In this document: positions 32,118 through 42,481 of the stretch, one piece after another
How the letters are laid out: each line of letters opens with the position of its first letter
Position numbering within the stretch: position 1 is the stretch's first letter
Assembly (NCBI GenBank): GCA_036231405.1
Contig: JAZAHK010000046.1
Span: 160,001 to 224,000, forward strand
Source: Nitrospinota bacterium
Lineage (GTDB): Bacteria > UBA8248
DNA: 64,000 nucleotides
Reading direction: 5' to 3'
Position numbers and translations under genes: made by a program
The notes under the pieces: model-generated
What the model saw: the letters and a program-made list of their open reading frames with translations, nothing else
Told to the model about the DNA's origin: nothing
The model's database searches: none

Positions 32118-33062
32118 ATGAATTTGAAGTTTGAATTTTCCAAAATGCCGTTTGAGATTCTGTTTGATAAACCTCTAGCTCCATATACAACATTACAGAT
32201 TGGCGGGAAGGCGGATTTTTTAGCCTTTCCAGAAAATGAAAAAGATTTATTCGATCTGTTGGAAATTTCAAATATTTTTAATTTGCCAATTACTGTTCTT
32301 GGCGGTGGTGCAAACACTCTTATATTGGATGGTGGGGTGAGAGGTTTGGTTATTAGTTTGTCAAAAAATTTTAAAGGGATAGAGATTTTATTGGAGAATA
32401 AAAACGAAGTTCTCCTTGCAGTTGGAGCATATGAGAAAATTCCATCTTTAGTTCGATTTGGTATTAAAAATGGTTTTTGGGGTGTGGAACGTTTGATGGG
32501 AATTCCTGGGACTGTTGGTGGTGCATTGATGATGAACGCAGGGACAGCCACTCATTTCATAGATGCTTTAATTGAAAGTGTTCATTGGATTCCTTTTAGC
32601 GAGAGAAAACTGAGAACTCTCAGTCAAGAAGAAATTGAATTTTCATATAGAGCCGCAAAATTGCCTTCTCCTGGGGTAGTAGTTTCTTCGATTCTTAGAT
32701 TAAAAAGAGGGAGTTCTGGCAAACTTGAGGAACTGTATAACCAAAACATAAATAGCAGAAAAAAAACTCAGCCTTGGGGAAATTCGTGTGCGGGGTCAAT
32801 TTTTAAAAATCCCCATAATTATAAAGCTGGGAAATTAATAGAAGAATGTGGATTGAAAAACTTGCGTATTGGTTCAGCCATGGTTAGCGAGGTGCATGCG
32901 AATTTCTTGATTAACTGTGGCGGAGCTAAGTCATCCGATATGCTTGCACTCATAAATCAAATTCAGGTGACAGTAAAGAAACAAAAAGATATTGATTTGA
33001 GTTTGGAGCTTCGCATAATTGGAGAAGATAAAAGTACGACACGTATTAGTTCTCGTGCCTAA
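32118..33062 (+). CDS. murB: UDP-N-acetylenolpyruvoylglucosamine reductase
   Basis: TTLQIGG, GIPGTVGGALMMNAG, FSYR, AGSIFKNP, HANF; ATG 32118 behind GGAG (32073 is an alternative). Confidence 0.94.
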   Translation: MNLKFEFSKMPFEILFDKPLAPYTTLQIGGKADFLAFPENEKDLFDLLEISNIFNLPITVLGGGANTLILDGGVRGLVISLSKNFKGIEILLENKNEVLLAVGAYEKIPSLVRFGIKNGFWGVERLMGIPGTVGGALMMNAGTATHFIDALIESVHWIPFSERKLRTLSQEEIEFSYRAAKLPSPGVVVSSILRLKRGSSGKLEELYNQNINSRKKTQPWGNSCAGSIFKNPHNYKAGKLIEECGLKNLRIGSAMVSEVHANFLINCGGAKSSDMLALINQIQVTVKKQKDIDLSLELRIIGEDKSTTRISSRA

Positions 33063-33082
33063 GTTTTTCGAAGGGAGATATT

Positions 33083-33871
33083 GTGTTTAGATTTGGAAAC
33101 AGTGAAACTACAGTGAAAACAGGTGGCAGCGTTTTTATAAGAAAAGTTATTCATGCATTAATTTGTGTCGAATTTTTACTGATCTTGTCTCATTTTTTTC
33201 TTTTCTTGCGGACCAATCACCACTTCAGATTAAAAAGGATAGTTGTAGAAGGTTCTCACTACATAAACGCCGAAAAAATTGTAGATTCTTTGAGCTTTAT
33301 ACAGAACACGAACATTTTTGATGCAAATCTGGATAGAGTTGGAAGAGCTTTAGAAGAACACCCATGGATATTCTCATCTAGTGTTAGGATAAACTACCCA
33401 GGTACTTTGAATATTTCCGTTCAGGAAAGAGTGCCTATAGCCATTTTAAGAGGTGAGTATGAAAATGCTATAGATTCTGAGGGGTTGATCCTTGGTAAAA
33501 TGCCATCTTCAATTAAGTCGTGTTTACCTAATATACTAGGTTTCTCTGAAAAGGAAGTTGGAACTTTTATACAAAATTCAGGAATAAAAGATATCATTGA
33601 AATCCTTGGAGTTCTTAAGAAACTAAAATGGTTTAGCAATAAATGTTTGTCTATAAATAAGACAACCGATGGGTTTTATCTATTGAAATTTAGGAGGGAG
33701 GACTTCAGAGTTAAAATATCTCAAAAGGAATTAATTTCACAAATTGCACGGTTAGTTTCTGTTCTTGAATTGTTTCCAGATAGAATTCGGGTTACGGGTA
33801 ACCGCCTATTTTTTGACCTTACCTTTCCTTCTCGTGTAATCATGAGACCACTTATGGAATATGGGGGATAA
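33083..33871 (+). CDS. ftsQ: cell division protein FtsQ/DivIB
   Basis: TM followed by POTRA (HPWI...YPGTL.I.VQERVP); lies before ftsA. Confidence 0.8.
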   Translation: MFRFGNSETTVKTGGSVFIRKVIHALICVEFLLILSHFFLFLRTNHHFRLKRIVVEGSHYINAEKIVDSLSFIQNTNIFDANLDRVGRALEEHPWIFSSSVRINYPGTLNISVQERVPIAILRGEYENAIDSEGLILGKMPSSIKSCLPNILGFSEKEVGTFIQNSGIKDIIEILGVLKKLKWFSNKCLSINKTTDGFYLLKFRREDFRVKISQKELISQIARLVSVLELFPDRIRVTGNRLFFDLTFPSRVIMRPLMEYGG

Positions 33872-33875
33872 GGGG

Positions 33876-35120
33876 ATGAGTAAGAGTAATGAAATGTTTG
33901 TTGGATTGGATATAGGGACTTCAAAGATTTGTGCAGTTGTAGCTGAATTTAACGATGAAGGAACTTTGGAAATAGTTGGGCTTGGGAAGCATCCTTCGAA
34001 GGGATTGAATAGAGGTTCGGTTGTAAATATTGACCAAACTGTTGAATCCATATGCGCTGCTGTTGAGGAAGCAGAATTTATTAGTGGCATTCAAATTAAA
34101 CATGCTAATGTTGGGATCTCCGGCCCTCACATTAAAAGTCTAGACACAAATGGAATAGTTGCAATCAAAAATAAAATAGTTTCTAAGGAAGATGTTCAGA
34201 GAGTGGTCGAACAAGCAAGAGCGATCACTATGCCTACTGATCATCAAATCATACATGTTCTTCCTCAAGAATATGTTGTAGATGAACAGGAGGGAATCAC
34301 AGAACCAGTTGGTATGGCGGGTGTTCGTTTAGAATGTAAGGTTCACATTGTGACAGGCTCGGTCCCTTCTATTCAAAATATAATTAGGAGCGTTGAGAGG
34401 ACAGGGTTAATGGTAGAGCGACTTGTTTTGCAACCACTAGCATCTTCTCTAGCAGCACTTAGTGATGACGAGAGAGACCTTGGAGTTGCCGTGGTTGATA
34501 TAGGAAGTGGCACCTCAGATGTCGCAGTTATAAGTTCTGGTGTGATGAGATATGCGCAGGTTGTTCCGATTGGGGGGAGTCATATTACCCGTGATATTGC
34601 AATAGGACTAAGAACTCCGGATTATCAGGCAGAGAGAATAAAAAAAGAGCATGGCTACGCACTCGCCTCGCGTTTGACAGGTCAGCAAAATATTGAAGTT
34701 CCAAGTGTTGGAGGAAGGGAACCTAGAATTCTGAGCCGTCAAATACTTGCAGAAATCATTCAACCACGTTTAGAAGAAATCTTAACACTAATTAGAAGAG
34801 CTATACAAAAAAGTGGAATGGAAGACCTTCTTCCTGCTGGAGTTGTCCTAACGGGGGGAGCGAGTATTTTAGACGGTATAGAGGATTTAGCAGAGAGTGT
34901 TCTTCAACTACCGGTTAGAAGAGGTTCTCCAAGTGGGATAGGAGGACTCGTTGATATGGTTAACCAGCCATTATATTCGACAGCTGTTGGTTTGGTTATT
35001 TATGCCGCAGAAAATGGAATAAAAGAACAGAAAAATTGGTTTTCGACCGGTTTTATGAACGGGAAGAGCGAAAGTTTTACATTAAAAATAAAGGATGCTT
35101 TAAATAGTATCTTTAAGTAA
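33876..35120 (+). CDS. ftsA: cell division protein FtsA
   Basis: GLDIGTSKI, DIGSGT, GG.HITRDIA, AERIK, VLTGG. Confidence 0.97.
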   Translation: MSKSNEMFVGLDIGTSKICAVVAEFNDEGTLEIVGLGKHPSKGLNRGSVVNIDQTVESICAAVEEAEFISGIQIKHANVGISGPHIKSLDTNGIVAIKNKIVSKEDVQRVVEQARAITMPTDHQIIHVLPQEYVVDEQEGITEPVGMAGVRLECKVHIVTGSVPSIQNIIRSVERTGLMVERLVLQPLASSLAALSDDERDLGVAVVDIGSGTSDVAVISSGVMRYAQVVPIGGSHITRDIAIGLRTPDYQAERIKKEHGYALASRLTGQQNIEVPSVGGREPRILSRQILAEIIQPRLEEILTLIRRAIQKSGMEDLLPAGVVLTGGASILDGIEDLAESVLQLPVRRGSPSGIGGLVDMVNQPLYSTAVGLVIYAAENGIKEQKNWFSTGFMNGKSESFTLKIKDALNSIFK

Positions 35121-35163
35121 TTTGAAAAAGTTTCCCAACGTCCAAGGCAAAAGGGAGTGAGTA

Positions 35164-36309
35164 ATGAGTAATTTTTTTGAACTTGATGAAGAAGTATCGT
35201 GTCGCGCTAGAATTGCCGTAATCGGTGTGGGAGGAGGAGGAGGAAATGCGGTCAATACCATGATTTCCTCTGGAATGGAAGGAGTGGAATTTGCAGTTGC
35301 AAATACAGACGCCCAGGTGTTGGAGCATTCATTAGCAAAAGAAAAGTTGCAAATAGGTACAGAAGTAACGAAAGGGTTAGGGGCAGGGGGAAACCCCGAT
35401 ATTGGACGAAAAGCAGCCATGGAAGATACGGAAAGGCTGACTGGTCTGATGAGAGATTTAGATATGGTCTTTGTCACTGCTGGAATGGGTGGAGGAACTG
35501 GTACGGGTGCAACTCCGGTAATTGCTAGAATAGCAAAAGAGGCTGGGATCCTGACAGTTGGGGTCGTTACAAGACCTTTTGATTTTGAGGGCCCAAAGAG
35601 GCAATCGCAGGCTGAGGCAGGTATTGCTGAATTGAGAGATTCAGTCAATACATTAATCACTATTCCTAATCAGCGTCTTCTTGGAATGGTCGACAAATCA
35701 ACTCCGATGCTTGACGCGTTCGAAAAAGCGAATGATATCTTATTGCAGGCATGTAAAGGAATAGCTGACCTTATAACTACTCCTGGACTCATAAATCTGG
35801 ATTTTGCAGATGTTAGAACCATTATGAGGGATATGGGAGGGATGGCTTTAATGGGTAGTGGAGTTAGTGCTGGTGAAAATCGTGCGATTAATGCAGCGCA
35901 GAAGGCGATTAGTAGTCCACTATTAGAAGAAGCCACTATACAAGGTGCTAGAGGAGTTCTTATTAATATTTCTGGAGGAGACACACTTGCCCTGCACGAA
36001 GTTAATGAGGCCTGTACCCTTATCTATGAGACTGCCCATGAAGATGCAAATGTTATTTTTGGGTCAGTTATTGATTCTTCAATTGGGGACTCTGTAAGGG
36101 TTACTGTGATAGCTACTGGTTTTCATGATGCTGCATCTCCAGAAGTTTCAATTGTTGAAGAATCTACCGTTGAAGCAACAGGTACCGATGGTGCAGATAT
36201 TTCTGTTCCCGCCTATGTAAGAATGAAAAACAATCAGTCAAACTTAGGTTTTCAGTTTGAAGAGGATGATCTGGATGTTCCTACTTTCTTAAGGAGACAA
36301 GCAGACTAA
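35164..36309 (+). CDS. ftsZ: cell division protein FtsZ
   Basis: [28 protein letters not shown]-terminal [11 protein letters not shown]. Confidence 0.98.
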   Translation: MSNFFELDEEVSCRARIAVIGVGGGGGNAVNTMISSGMEGVEFAVANTDAQVLEHSLAKEKLQIGTEVTKGLGAGGNPDIGRKAAMEDTERLTGLMRDLDMVFVTAGMGGGTGTGATPVIARIAKEAGILTVGVVTRPFDFEGPKRQSQAEAGIAELRDSVNTLITIPNQRLLGMVDKSTPMLDAFEKANDILLQACKGIADLITTPGLINLDFADVRTIMRDMGGMALMGSGVSAGENRAINAAQKAISSPLLEEATIQGARGVLINISGGDTLALHEVNEACTLIYETAHEDANVIFGSVIDSSIGDSVRVTVIATGFHDAASPEVSIVEESTVEATGTDGADISVPAYVRMKNNQSNLGFQFEEDDLDVPTFLRRQAD

Positions 36310-36345
36310 TATTATTGTCATTGCTTTTTTTAGAGAGTTTAGAAT

Positions 36346-37140
36346 TTGAATGAACTACAGGAGTATAATATTGGGGGTTTGAGTTTTTTCACTTCTCCTT
36401 TGTTGGACGCTTTGGATTTTGTTGTTCATGCTTTTGGAACAAGAGATTCCTACACATTAAGAAATGGAGAAGAACCGTTTGAAGCAAGTATGCAATATCC
36501 TAATTTATTGGGCATGTTGTTTAAACATGAAAAGTTAACTTCTGCCCTTGTTGAGAGATATCGTAACGGTTTTGTTCAATTAAAACAAATTCATAGTTCG
36601 AAAGTCCTTAGTACTCAAGAAATAAAAAATAACAGCCCTAATTTAGCAGATGCAATTGTAACAAATGAGCCTGGTTTTATTCTTTCAATTGAAACTGCAG
36701 ATTGCTTACCTGTACTTATAGTAGATAAAGTTTTGAAGACTGTTGCTGCAGTCCATGCGGGTAGGCAGGGAATTTTGAAAGGGATAATAAAAGAAACTAT
36801 AAACAAATTAAGATTTGATTACGGTAGCAAACCATGTGATCTTATGGTGGCTATTGGTCCTGGTATTTGTGGAAATTCTTACGAAGTTGACTATGACTGT
36901 ATAGTTCCTTTCAATGAATCTGTCCCAGAATCAGAGAATGCATTCTTTGAACAAGAAAATGGAAAATGGCTTTTAGATTTACCTAAAATCGTTGTAAAGC
37001 AGTTGTTGAGTGCTGGAGTATATAAAGAAAGAATAGGAAATCCTGGTCCGTGCACGCTAGCAAATTCAAAAAAATTTTTTTCTTATAGAAGAGAAGGTAA
37101 GGGAGTAGGCAGACAAACTTCCACGATTCTATTAGTTTGA
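36346..37140 (+). CDS. pgeF: peptidoglycan editing factor PgeF (YfiH/YlmD)
   Basis: QIHS, ADAIVT, TADCLPV, HAG, IGPGI, FFSYRR. Confidence 0.9.
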   Translation: MNELQEYNIGGLSFFTSPLLDALDFVVHAFGTRDSYTLRNGEEPFEASMQYPNLLGMLFKHEKLTSALVERYRNGFVQLKQIHSSKVLSTQEIKNNSPNLADAIVTNEPGFILSIETADCLPVLIVDKVLKTVAAVHAGRQGILKGIIKETINKLRFDYGSKPCDLMVAIGPGICGNSYEVDYDCIVPFNESVPESENAFFEQENGKWLLDLPKIVVKQLLSAGVYKERIGNPGPCTLANSKKFFSYRREGKGVGRQTSTILLV

Positions 37141-37162
37141 AAAGGATACTTTTCTGAAAATC

Positions 37163-37867
37163 ATGAAAAAATTGCAGATTTCTCAATATTTCAAAAGTGT
37201 TAAAAATAGAATTAAAACTTCTGCAGAGAGAGTGAATCGCTCTTTAGAAGAAGTTACATTGGTATCTGTTACAAAGAGACAGAGTGTGGAAAAAATTGAA
37301 GAAGTTTTTCATGCAGGTGCATTGATTATTGGGGAAAATCGTGTTCAAGAGGCAAGTGAGAAACGTTTGCAAATGGACTCCAATATTGCCAATGGACTAG
37401 AGTGGCGTTTAATTGGGAAACTTCAAAAAAATAAGGTGAAAATTGTCCCAAGATTATTTGATCTTGTAGAGTCGGTAGATTCTCTTTCTTTAGCAGAAGA
37501 GATAGCTCGGCATGTAGAAAAAACATCTAAGCAACCATTTAATATTTACATACAAGTCAACACTGGTGAAGAAACCCAAAAAAATGGAGTTTTTTGTAAA
37601 GATGCTATAGAATTAATCAAGTCTGTTTGTTCCATCTCATCTATTTGTGTTAGAGGTCTAATGTGTATTCCCCCTCTTTCGAAAGATCCTGAAAATAGCA
37701 GAATTCATTTTCAAAAACTTCGTTTCTTAAGAGATGAAGTTCAAGGGTTAGGTATGGAAAGTGTCACCGATTTGTCCATGGGAATGTCAAACGATTTTGA
37801 AGTAGCTATCGAGGAAGGAGCAACACATGTTAGAGTTGGAACAGCAATTTTTGGGGAGAGAACGTAA
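37163..37867 (+). CDS. yggS: PLP homeostasis protein
   Basis: VSVTK, GENRVQE, IGKLQKNK, LSMGMSNDFEVAIEEGAT.VRVGTAIFG. Confidence 0.95.
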   Translation: MKKLQISQYFKSVKNRIKTSAERVNRSLEEVTLVSVTKRQSVEKIEEVFHAGALIIGENRVQEASEKRLQMDSNIANGLEWRLIGKLQKNKVKIVPRLFDLVESVDSLSLAEEIARHVEKTSKQPFNIYIQVNTGEETQKNGVFCKDAIELIKSVCSISSICVRGLMCIPPLSKDPENSRIHFQKLRFLRDEVQGLGMESVTDLSMGMSNDFEVAIEEGATHVRVGTAIFGERT

Positions 37868-37905
37868 ATTTCATCTTTGTAACTGATCTTGAATGAGCAT
37901 ATAAA

Positions 37906-38718
37906 ATGACGAACCATAAAATCACAGTGGTGGGTGGCGGTAGGATGGGCGAAGCCCTTTGTCTTGGCATCGTGAAAACAGGATTTGCAAAACTTGAGAA
38001 TATCAATGTGATTGAACCTTTACTAGAAAGAACTGATTTTCTAAGAAAACAGCATTCTCTTTCTGTTTATTCCGAATATGACGATTTTATCTCAGATTCA
38101 AATATTTTATTGATCGCGGTAAAACCCCAAATTATTGATCAGGTTTTGGTTTCTCTTAAAGATTATTATAACGAGGAACAAATCATTATTTCGATTGCTG
38201 CAGGAATACCTATTTCAAGATTCTTAGAAAATTTTGGTCTGACTGCCAAGATTGTTAGGGTTATGCCCAACACTCCATGTTTGATTGGTTCTGGTGCTTC
38301 AGCCATGTGTTCTTCAAAACAAGTTAATGAACAAGATATGTCCCTGGCTTTAGAACTATTTCGTTCTGTGGGTACAGTTGAAGAAGTACCTGAGAGTTTA
38401 ATGGACGCAGTTACAGGCCTTTCAGGAAGTGGTCCTGCCTATGTTTTTCAGTTTATTGAGGCACTTTCTGATGCGGGGGTAAGGGTTGGATTAACTAGAG
38501 ATCAAGCACTAAGATTGGCTGCTCAAACTGTTTATGGATCGTCAAAACTTCTTCTTAAAACTGGCGAACAACCTGAGAAACTTAAAGATATGGTCACATC
38601 GCCAGGTGGCACGACGGTTGCGGGATTGCGTGCTCTTGAAAAAGGAGATATTTGTTCGTCTGTAATAGATGCTGTTATTGCTGCAACAAATAGGAGCAAG
38701 GAACTAGGAAAAAAATAA
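37906..38718 (+). CDS. proC: pyrroline-5-carboxylate reductase
   Basis: AVKPQ, RVMPNTP, TGLSGSGPAY, VTSPGGTT. Confidence 0.96.
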   Translation: MTNHKITVVGGGRMGEALCLGIVKTGFAKLENINVIEPLLERTDFLRKQHSLSVYSEYDDFISDSNILLIAVKPQIIDQVLVSLKDYYNEEQIIISIAAGIPISRFLENFGLTAKIVRVMPNTPCLIGSGASAMCSSKQVNEQDMSLALELFRSVGTVEEVPESLMDAVTGLSGSGPAYVFQFIEALSDAGVRVGLTRDQALRLAAQTVYGSSKLLLKTGEQPEKLKDMVTSPGGTTVAGLRALEKGDICSSVIDAVIAATNRSKELGKK

Positions 38719-38746
38719 TCTTTCGTATAATTGGAGGGGTAATTTC

Positions 38747-39043
38747 CTGTTTATTTTTTTTAATCTCATCAATGCTATTGCTGTGATTGTTGGGTATGTT
38801 CTTTGGATATACGTACTTATTTTGGTTGCTCGAGTTATCATTTCTTGGGTAGACGCGGATCCGTATAATCCGTTTGTGCAATTTTTGTTTCGTGCCACAG
38901 AGCCAATTTTAGCTCCGATACGATATAGAATCCCAGATCTTGGAGGTTTTGATTTAAGTCCCATAGTCGTTTACTTGATTATTCTTTTTTTGCAGGAATT
39001 CCTTGTGAAGAGTCTTTATCAACTTGCTACAATTTTCAGATAA
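38747..39043 (+). CDS. yggT: YggT family membrane protein
   Basis: ARVIISWV..DPYNP.VQ....TEP.L.PIR..IP..GG.DLSP; probable CTG start at 38747 behind GGAGG (GTG 38783 is an alternative). Confidence 0.88.
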   Translation: MFIFFNLINAIAVIVGYVLWIYVLILVARVIISWVDADPYNPFVQFLFRATEPILAPIRYRIPDLGGFDLSPIVVYLIILFLQEFLVKSLYQLATIFR

Positions 39044-39085
39044 TTATCAATTAATGTTCCGTACAATTCATTTTATGGGGATATT

Positions 39086-40123
39086 TTGGAGATAGAAGGG
39101 AATTTTAGGACTATTTCTTTTGATGGAGAGGAACTTGAGCTTCTCGACCAGAGAAAGCTTCCGAATGAAGAAGTATACGTTAGATGTAAGGATGAATTTG
39201 ACGTCGCTAATGCAATTCAATCAATGATTGTAAGAGGTGCACCTGCGATTGGAGTAACTGCGGCTTACGGCATGGCTCTTTCCGCGAAAAGAAATGTGGG
39301 TATGAGTGTGGATAGACAACTCGTATCTCTTAGGGAAGCAGCCGTAATTCTAGGTGAAACACGTCCTACCGCTATAAATCTTTACTGGGCAATCCGAAGA
39401 ACACTTGACCTCATAAAGAGTGAGAACTCTACAGAGATAATAATGAGGAAGCTTTTGGATTTTGCGGCTTCGCTACATCTTGAAGATATTGAAATATGTA
39501 AAAAAATAGGAGATCTTGGTTCTACTCTTTTACCGGATGATGCGCATGTTTTGACCCATTGTAATGCTGGTGCACTAGCGACAGCGGGTTACGGGACAGC
39601 TGGTGGGGTTATAAGAAGTGGATTCAGGGATAAACGTGTAAAGGATGTATATGTTGATGAGACAAGACCTTTCCTGCAGGGGGCGAGGTTGACAGCTTGG
39701 GAATTAAATCGAGATGGTATCCCGGTGATACTTATTTCGGACAATATGGCAGGGTATTGTATGAAACTTGGGAAAATTAATGTCATAGTGGTGGGGGCAG
39801 ATAGAATTGCCGCAAATGGAGATGTGGCGAATAAAATTGGAACCTATTCTCTTGCAATTTTGGCTAAGAAACACAATATCCCTTTCTTTGTTGCAGCTCC
39901 GACAAGTACCATTGATATGGATACTGAGTCGGGAGAACAAATACCAATAGAAGAGAGAGCAGCAGAAGAGATCAAAACATTTGCAGGAAAGAAAATCACT
40001 CCAGATGAAGTTAAGGTTTTCAACCCAGCTTTTGACGTAACTCCCTCTGAACTAGTAGATGCGCTGATTACAGAGAAAGGGGTCGTCTTTTTGTCATCCG
40101 GAGAGAAAATCGATTCTTTGTGA
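39086..40123 (+). CDS. mtnA: S-methyl-5-thioribose-1-phosphate isomerase
   Basis: LDQRKLP, VRGAPAIG, RPTAINL, THCNAG, ETRPFLQG, GADRIAANGDVANKIGTY, NPAFDVTP. Confidence 0.96.
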   Translation: MEIEGNFRTISFDGEELELLDQRKLPNEEVYVRCKDEFDVANAIQSMIVRGAPAIGVTAAYGMALSAKRNVGMSVDRQLVSLREAAVILGETRPTAINLYWAIRRTLDLIKSENSTEIIMRKLLDFAASLHLEDIEICKKIGDLGSTLLPDDAHVLTHCNAGALATAGYGTAGGVIRSGFRDKRVKDVYVDETRPFLQGARLTAWELNRDGIPVILISDNMAGYCMKLGKINVIVVGADRIAANGDVANKIGTYSLAILAKKHNIPFFVAAPTSTIDMDTESGEQIPIEERAAEEIKTFAGKKITPDEVKVFNPAFDVTPSELVDALITEKGVVFLSSGEKIDSL

Positions 40124-40173
40124 TGTTACTGAGGATTATTGTTTTTTTGAAATTTGCGTGTTACTTTTTGTAT

Positions 40174-40202
40174 TTGACTTCAAAAGGTTCTCAGGATATA
40201 AG
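40174..40202 (+). promoter_or_regulatory. probable sigma-70 promoter for tRNA-Asp
   Basis: TTGACT, 17-nt spacer, TATAAG, about 20 nt upstream of the tRNA. Confidence 0.5.
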
Positions 40203-40222
40203 TCCGTTTTTGAATTTAATGG

Positions 40223-40299
40223 GGGGCTGTAGCGAAGCTGGTTATCGCGCTGGCCTGTCAAGCCAGAGATCGCGGGTTCGAGTCCCGTCAGCCCCGCCA
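40223..40299 (+). tRNA. tRNA-Asp(GTC)
   Basis: GGGGCTG/CAGCCCC acceptor stem, CTGGC-CT-GTC-AA-GCCAG anticodon arm, GGTTCGAGTCC, G73, CCA. Confidence 0.96.
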
Positions 40300-40466
40300 T
40301 TTTCTATGTTCTTTGTAATTTTCAAAAAACAACTCCTTCCATTTTTTCGCTTTTTCTGATAGCATCACAAAATAATTCAAAAAATTTGTTTTTTTCGTAG
40401 CTTGTCATTTTTTTATCCCCATAGGGGGGAGTGTAGTTTTAATTTCTAACAGGAGGAAGAATTAAA

Positions 40467-41456
40467 ATGAAGCGTATTTTAACTTTTGTTTTTGCCGCAG
40501 CTTTTGCCGTTGCTATGCTAGGCCTCAGTGTTCCTGCTGAATCAGCTAAGCTACGTATCGGTGCACACAGGGCGATCATGGGATCATTCGAAGTTGTTGC
40601 CCATAAGGGTGGATTTTGGAAGAAGGAAGGTTTGGACTATACGTTTACATCCTTCAAACAAGGGAAACTCATGAGAAATGCCATTATTCAAGATAACCTG
40701 GATACTGGTACAACTGGTTTCTCCCCATTTAGTACCGCTATTTCAAGGGGTGCTAAAGTAACTGCAATAGGTGTTACTGCAAGAATTTGTGGAACGAGTC
40801 ATATTATTGTTGCAAAAAATTCGAAATGGAAGAACTTAGGTCAGCTTAAGGGGAAAACCTTTGTAACTAAGAAGGGTACCAGTGTAGATTTTGCTTTAAA
40901 ATCTTACATTCTTCCTGCTTACGGTCTTAAAATTGGTGATTTCACATGGCTCAGCACTTATACTACTGAGCGTGTAGCCAATGTTGCTTCAGGAAAAGCT
41001 GAAGTGGGTATCGTTGGTGATCCTCAATATGAAATTGCTGCACAAAAAGGAATGATTAGAAGTATTGAAACATATTGTAAGTATGATAATACCAGAATGA
41101 TGCACGTTGGTAATCCTCAAACGATTAAGTCAAATCGTGGTCTTTATGTAAAATATTTCAAAGGATGGTTGAGAGCTCATATGCTTTTGAAAAGTAATCC
41201 AACAAAGTATGGTGACATTTATTTTGGCGCATTAAAAGAAATTGGTACCAAAACAAAAAGATCAGTTATTCAGAATGTTGTAAGAAGACTTCAGTCTGCT
41301 CCTTATATCACTGGCGAAGTTAAAGCGTATCTAAATGATATGAATGCAAAACAAGTTAAATTGAAATGGATTAAGAAACGTACAAACTTCTTTACGAAGG
41401 ATACTTTTGATGATTCTATGCTAGGTGACGCAGCAATTCAGGTAGGATATAGATAG
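40467..41456 (+). CDS. ABC transporter substrate-binding protein, NitT/TauT/SsuA-like
   Basis: Signal peptide, GFWKKEGL, QLKGKT...GTS pattern; AGGAGG SD. Confidence 0.75.
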   Translation: MKRILTFVFAAAFAVAMLGLSVPAESAKLRIGAHRAIMGSFEVVAHKGGFWKKEGLDYTFTSFKQGKLMRNAIIQDNLDTGTTGFSPFSTAISRGAKVTAIGVTARICGTSHIIVAKNSKWKNLGQLKGKTFVTKKGTSVDFALKSYILPAYGLKIGDFTWLSTYTTERVANVASGKAEVGIVGDPQYEIAAQKGMIRSIETYCKYDNTRMMHVGNPQTIKSNRGLYVKYFKGWLRAHMLLKSNPTKYGDIYFGALKEIGTKTKRSVIQNVVRRLQSAPYITGEVKAYLNDMNAKQVKLKWIKKRTNFFTKDTFDDSMLGDAAIQVGYR

Positions 41457-41478
41457 TATTTTTAGATTTTAGAAATAA

Positions 41479-41513
41479 AAAAAGCCCCGAAGCTTACCGC
41501 TTCGGGGCTTTTT
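41479..41513. terminator. bidirectional intrinsic terminator
   Basis: aaaaagccccgaagc-ttacc-gcttcggggcttttt perfect stem with A/T tracts on both sides, between convergent genes. Confidence 0.93.
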
Positions 41514-41520
41514 AGTTTTT

Positions 41521-42444
41521 TTATACTTTCTTGTCTTGACCGCCCATTTCTTCCATCATACCCCATTTGATAACAGTTCTTGATTCTAATGGTTGGAAAA
41601 TGACTTTCTCCAGTAAGTATCCAAAAATACCCAGCACTGCAATCGCTACCATCATGAATGCAATATCTAAGTATTCTTGAGCATCAAAGATTCCAGCCGA
41701 AAGCCCCCATTTAACACCTCCAAATGCCTCAGCACCAACTCCTGCTCTCCATGCTCTGGCTAAACCAATACGCATTCCGCTAAGTATCATAGGAAGAGAA
41801 CCTGGAAGTACAACTGTTTTAAAAATAGTCATTTTATCAGCATTCATGGATTGGGCAGCCCTAATCCAAACGGGGTTCACCGTCTTCACTCCCGTCCATA
41901 CAGCCATTGCTATTGGCAGGAAAGAAGCAAAGGCAGTAATCATAATGATTGTTTGATTCCCTAGTCCAAACCAGATAATAGCAATAGGAGTCCAAGCAAG
42001 TGCAGGAATAGGTAAGAGAACAGAAAGAAGAGGAACAAAGAATGATTCCCAGAAAGCAAAACGACCCATCAAAATTCCAACTATCACACCAACAATTGCA
42101 GCAATGAAGAAAGCTAATGGTAGTCTCCATGCAGTGTGAAAAACATGCCAGATAATCGGGCCTTGTGTTAGATAGTGAAGAGTATCAGAAATCCCAGTAA
42201 CTTTATTTTCTTTTAATGCGTCAGTGAGTGGGTCAGTTAGTAGTTCATAAGCTCTTATTACAATTTTATCTACGGTAGGGAAAAGTTGACCTAAATTTCC
42301 ACCAACATACATAGCACTCAATTGCCAAATAGCAAGTATCACTATAAATGGGTATAAGGGCCGTATTTTTACAAAAAAACTTCTTTTAGGTGGTGGTTTA
42401 ATCGAATCTTCAATAATCGAAGTACTTGTTTTTGAATCTACCAT
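41521..42444 (-). CDS. ABC transporter permease, NitT/TauT/SsuC-like
   Basis: PIPALAWTP.AIIWFGLG, EAA-like RAAQSM, VVLPGSLP.ILSGMRIGL. Confidence 0.9.
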   Translation of the reverse strand: MVDSKTSTSIIEDSIKPPPKRSFFVKIRPLYPFIVILAIWQLSAMYVGGNLGQLFPTVDKIVIRAYELLTDPLTDALKENKVTGISDTLHYLTQGPIIWHVFHTAWRLPLAFFIAAIVGVIVGILMGRFAFWESFFVPLLSVLLPIPALAWTPIAIIWFGLGNQTIIMITAFASFLPIAMAVWTGVKTVNPVWIRAAQSMNADKMTIFKTVVLPGSLPMILSGMRIGLARAWRAGVGAEAFGGVKWGLSAGIFDAQEYLDIAFMMVAIAVLGIFGYLLEKVIFQPLESRTVIKWGMMEEMGGQDKKV

Positions 42445-42481
42445 CAATCCATCCTTTCCTAGGAATCAAATTTACAGAGTT

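Noticed and set aside
40120-40359. 79-aa ORF after mtnA
   Set aside because: Overlaps tRNA-Asp and its promoter; no protein-like motifs
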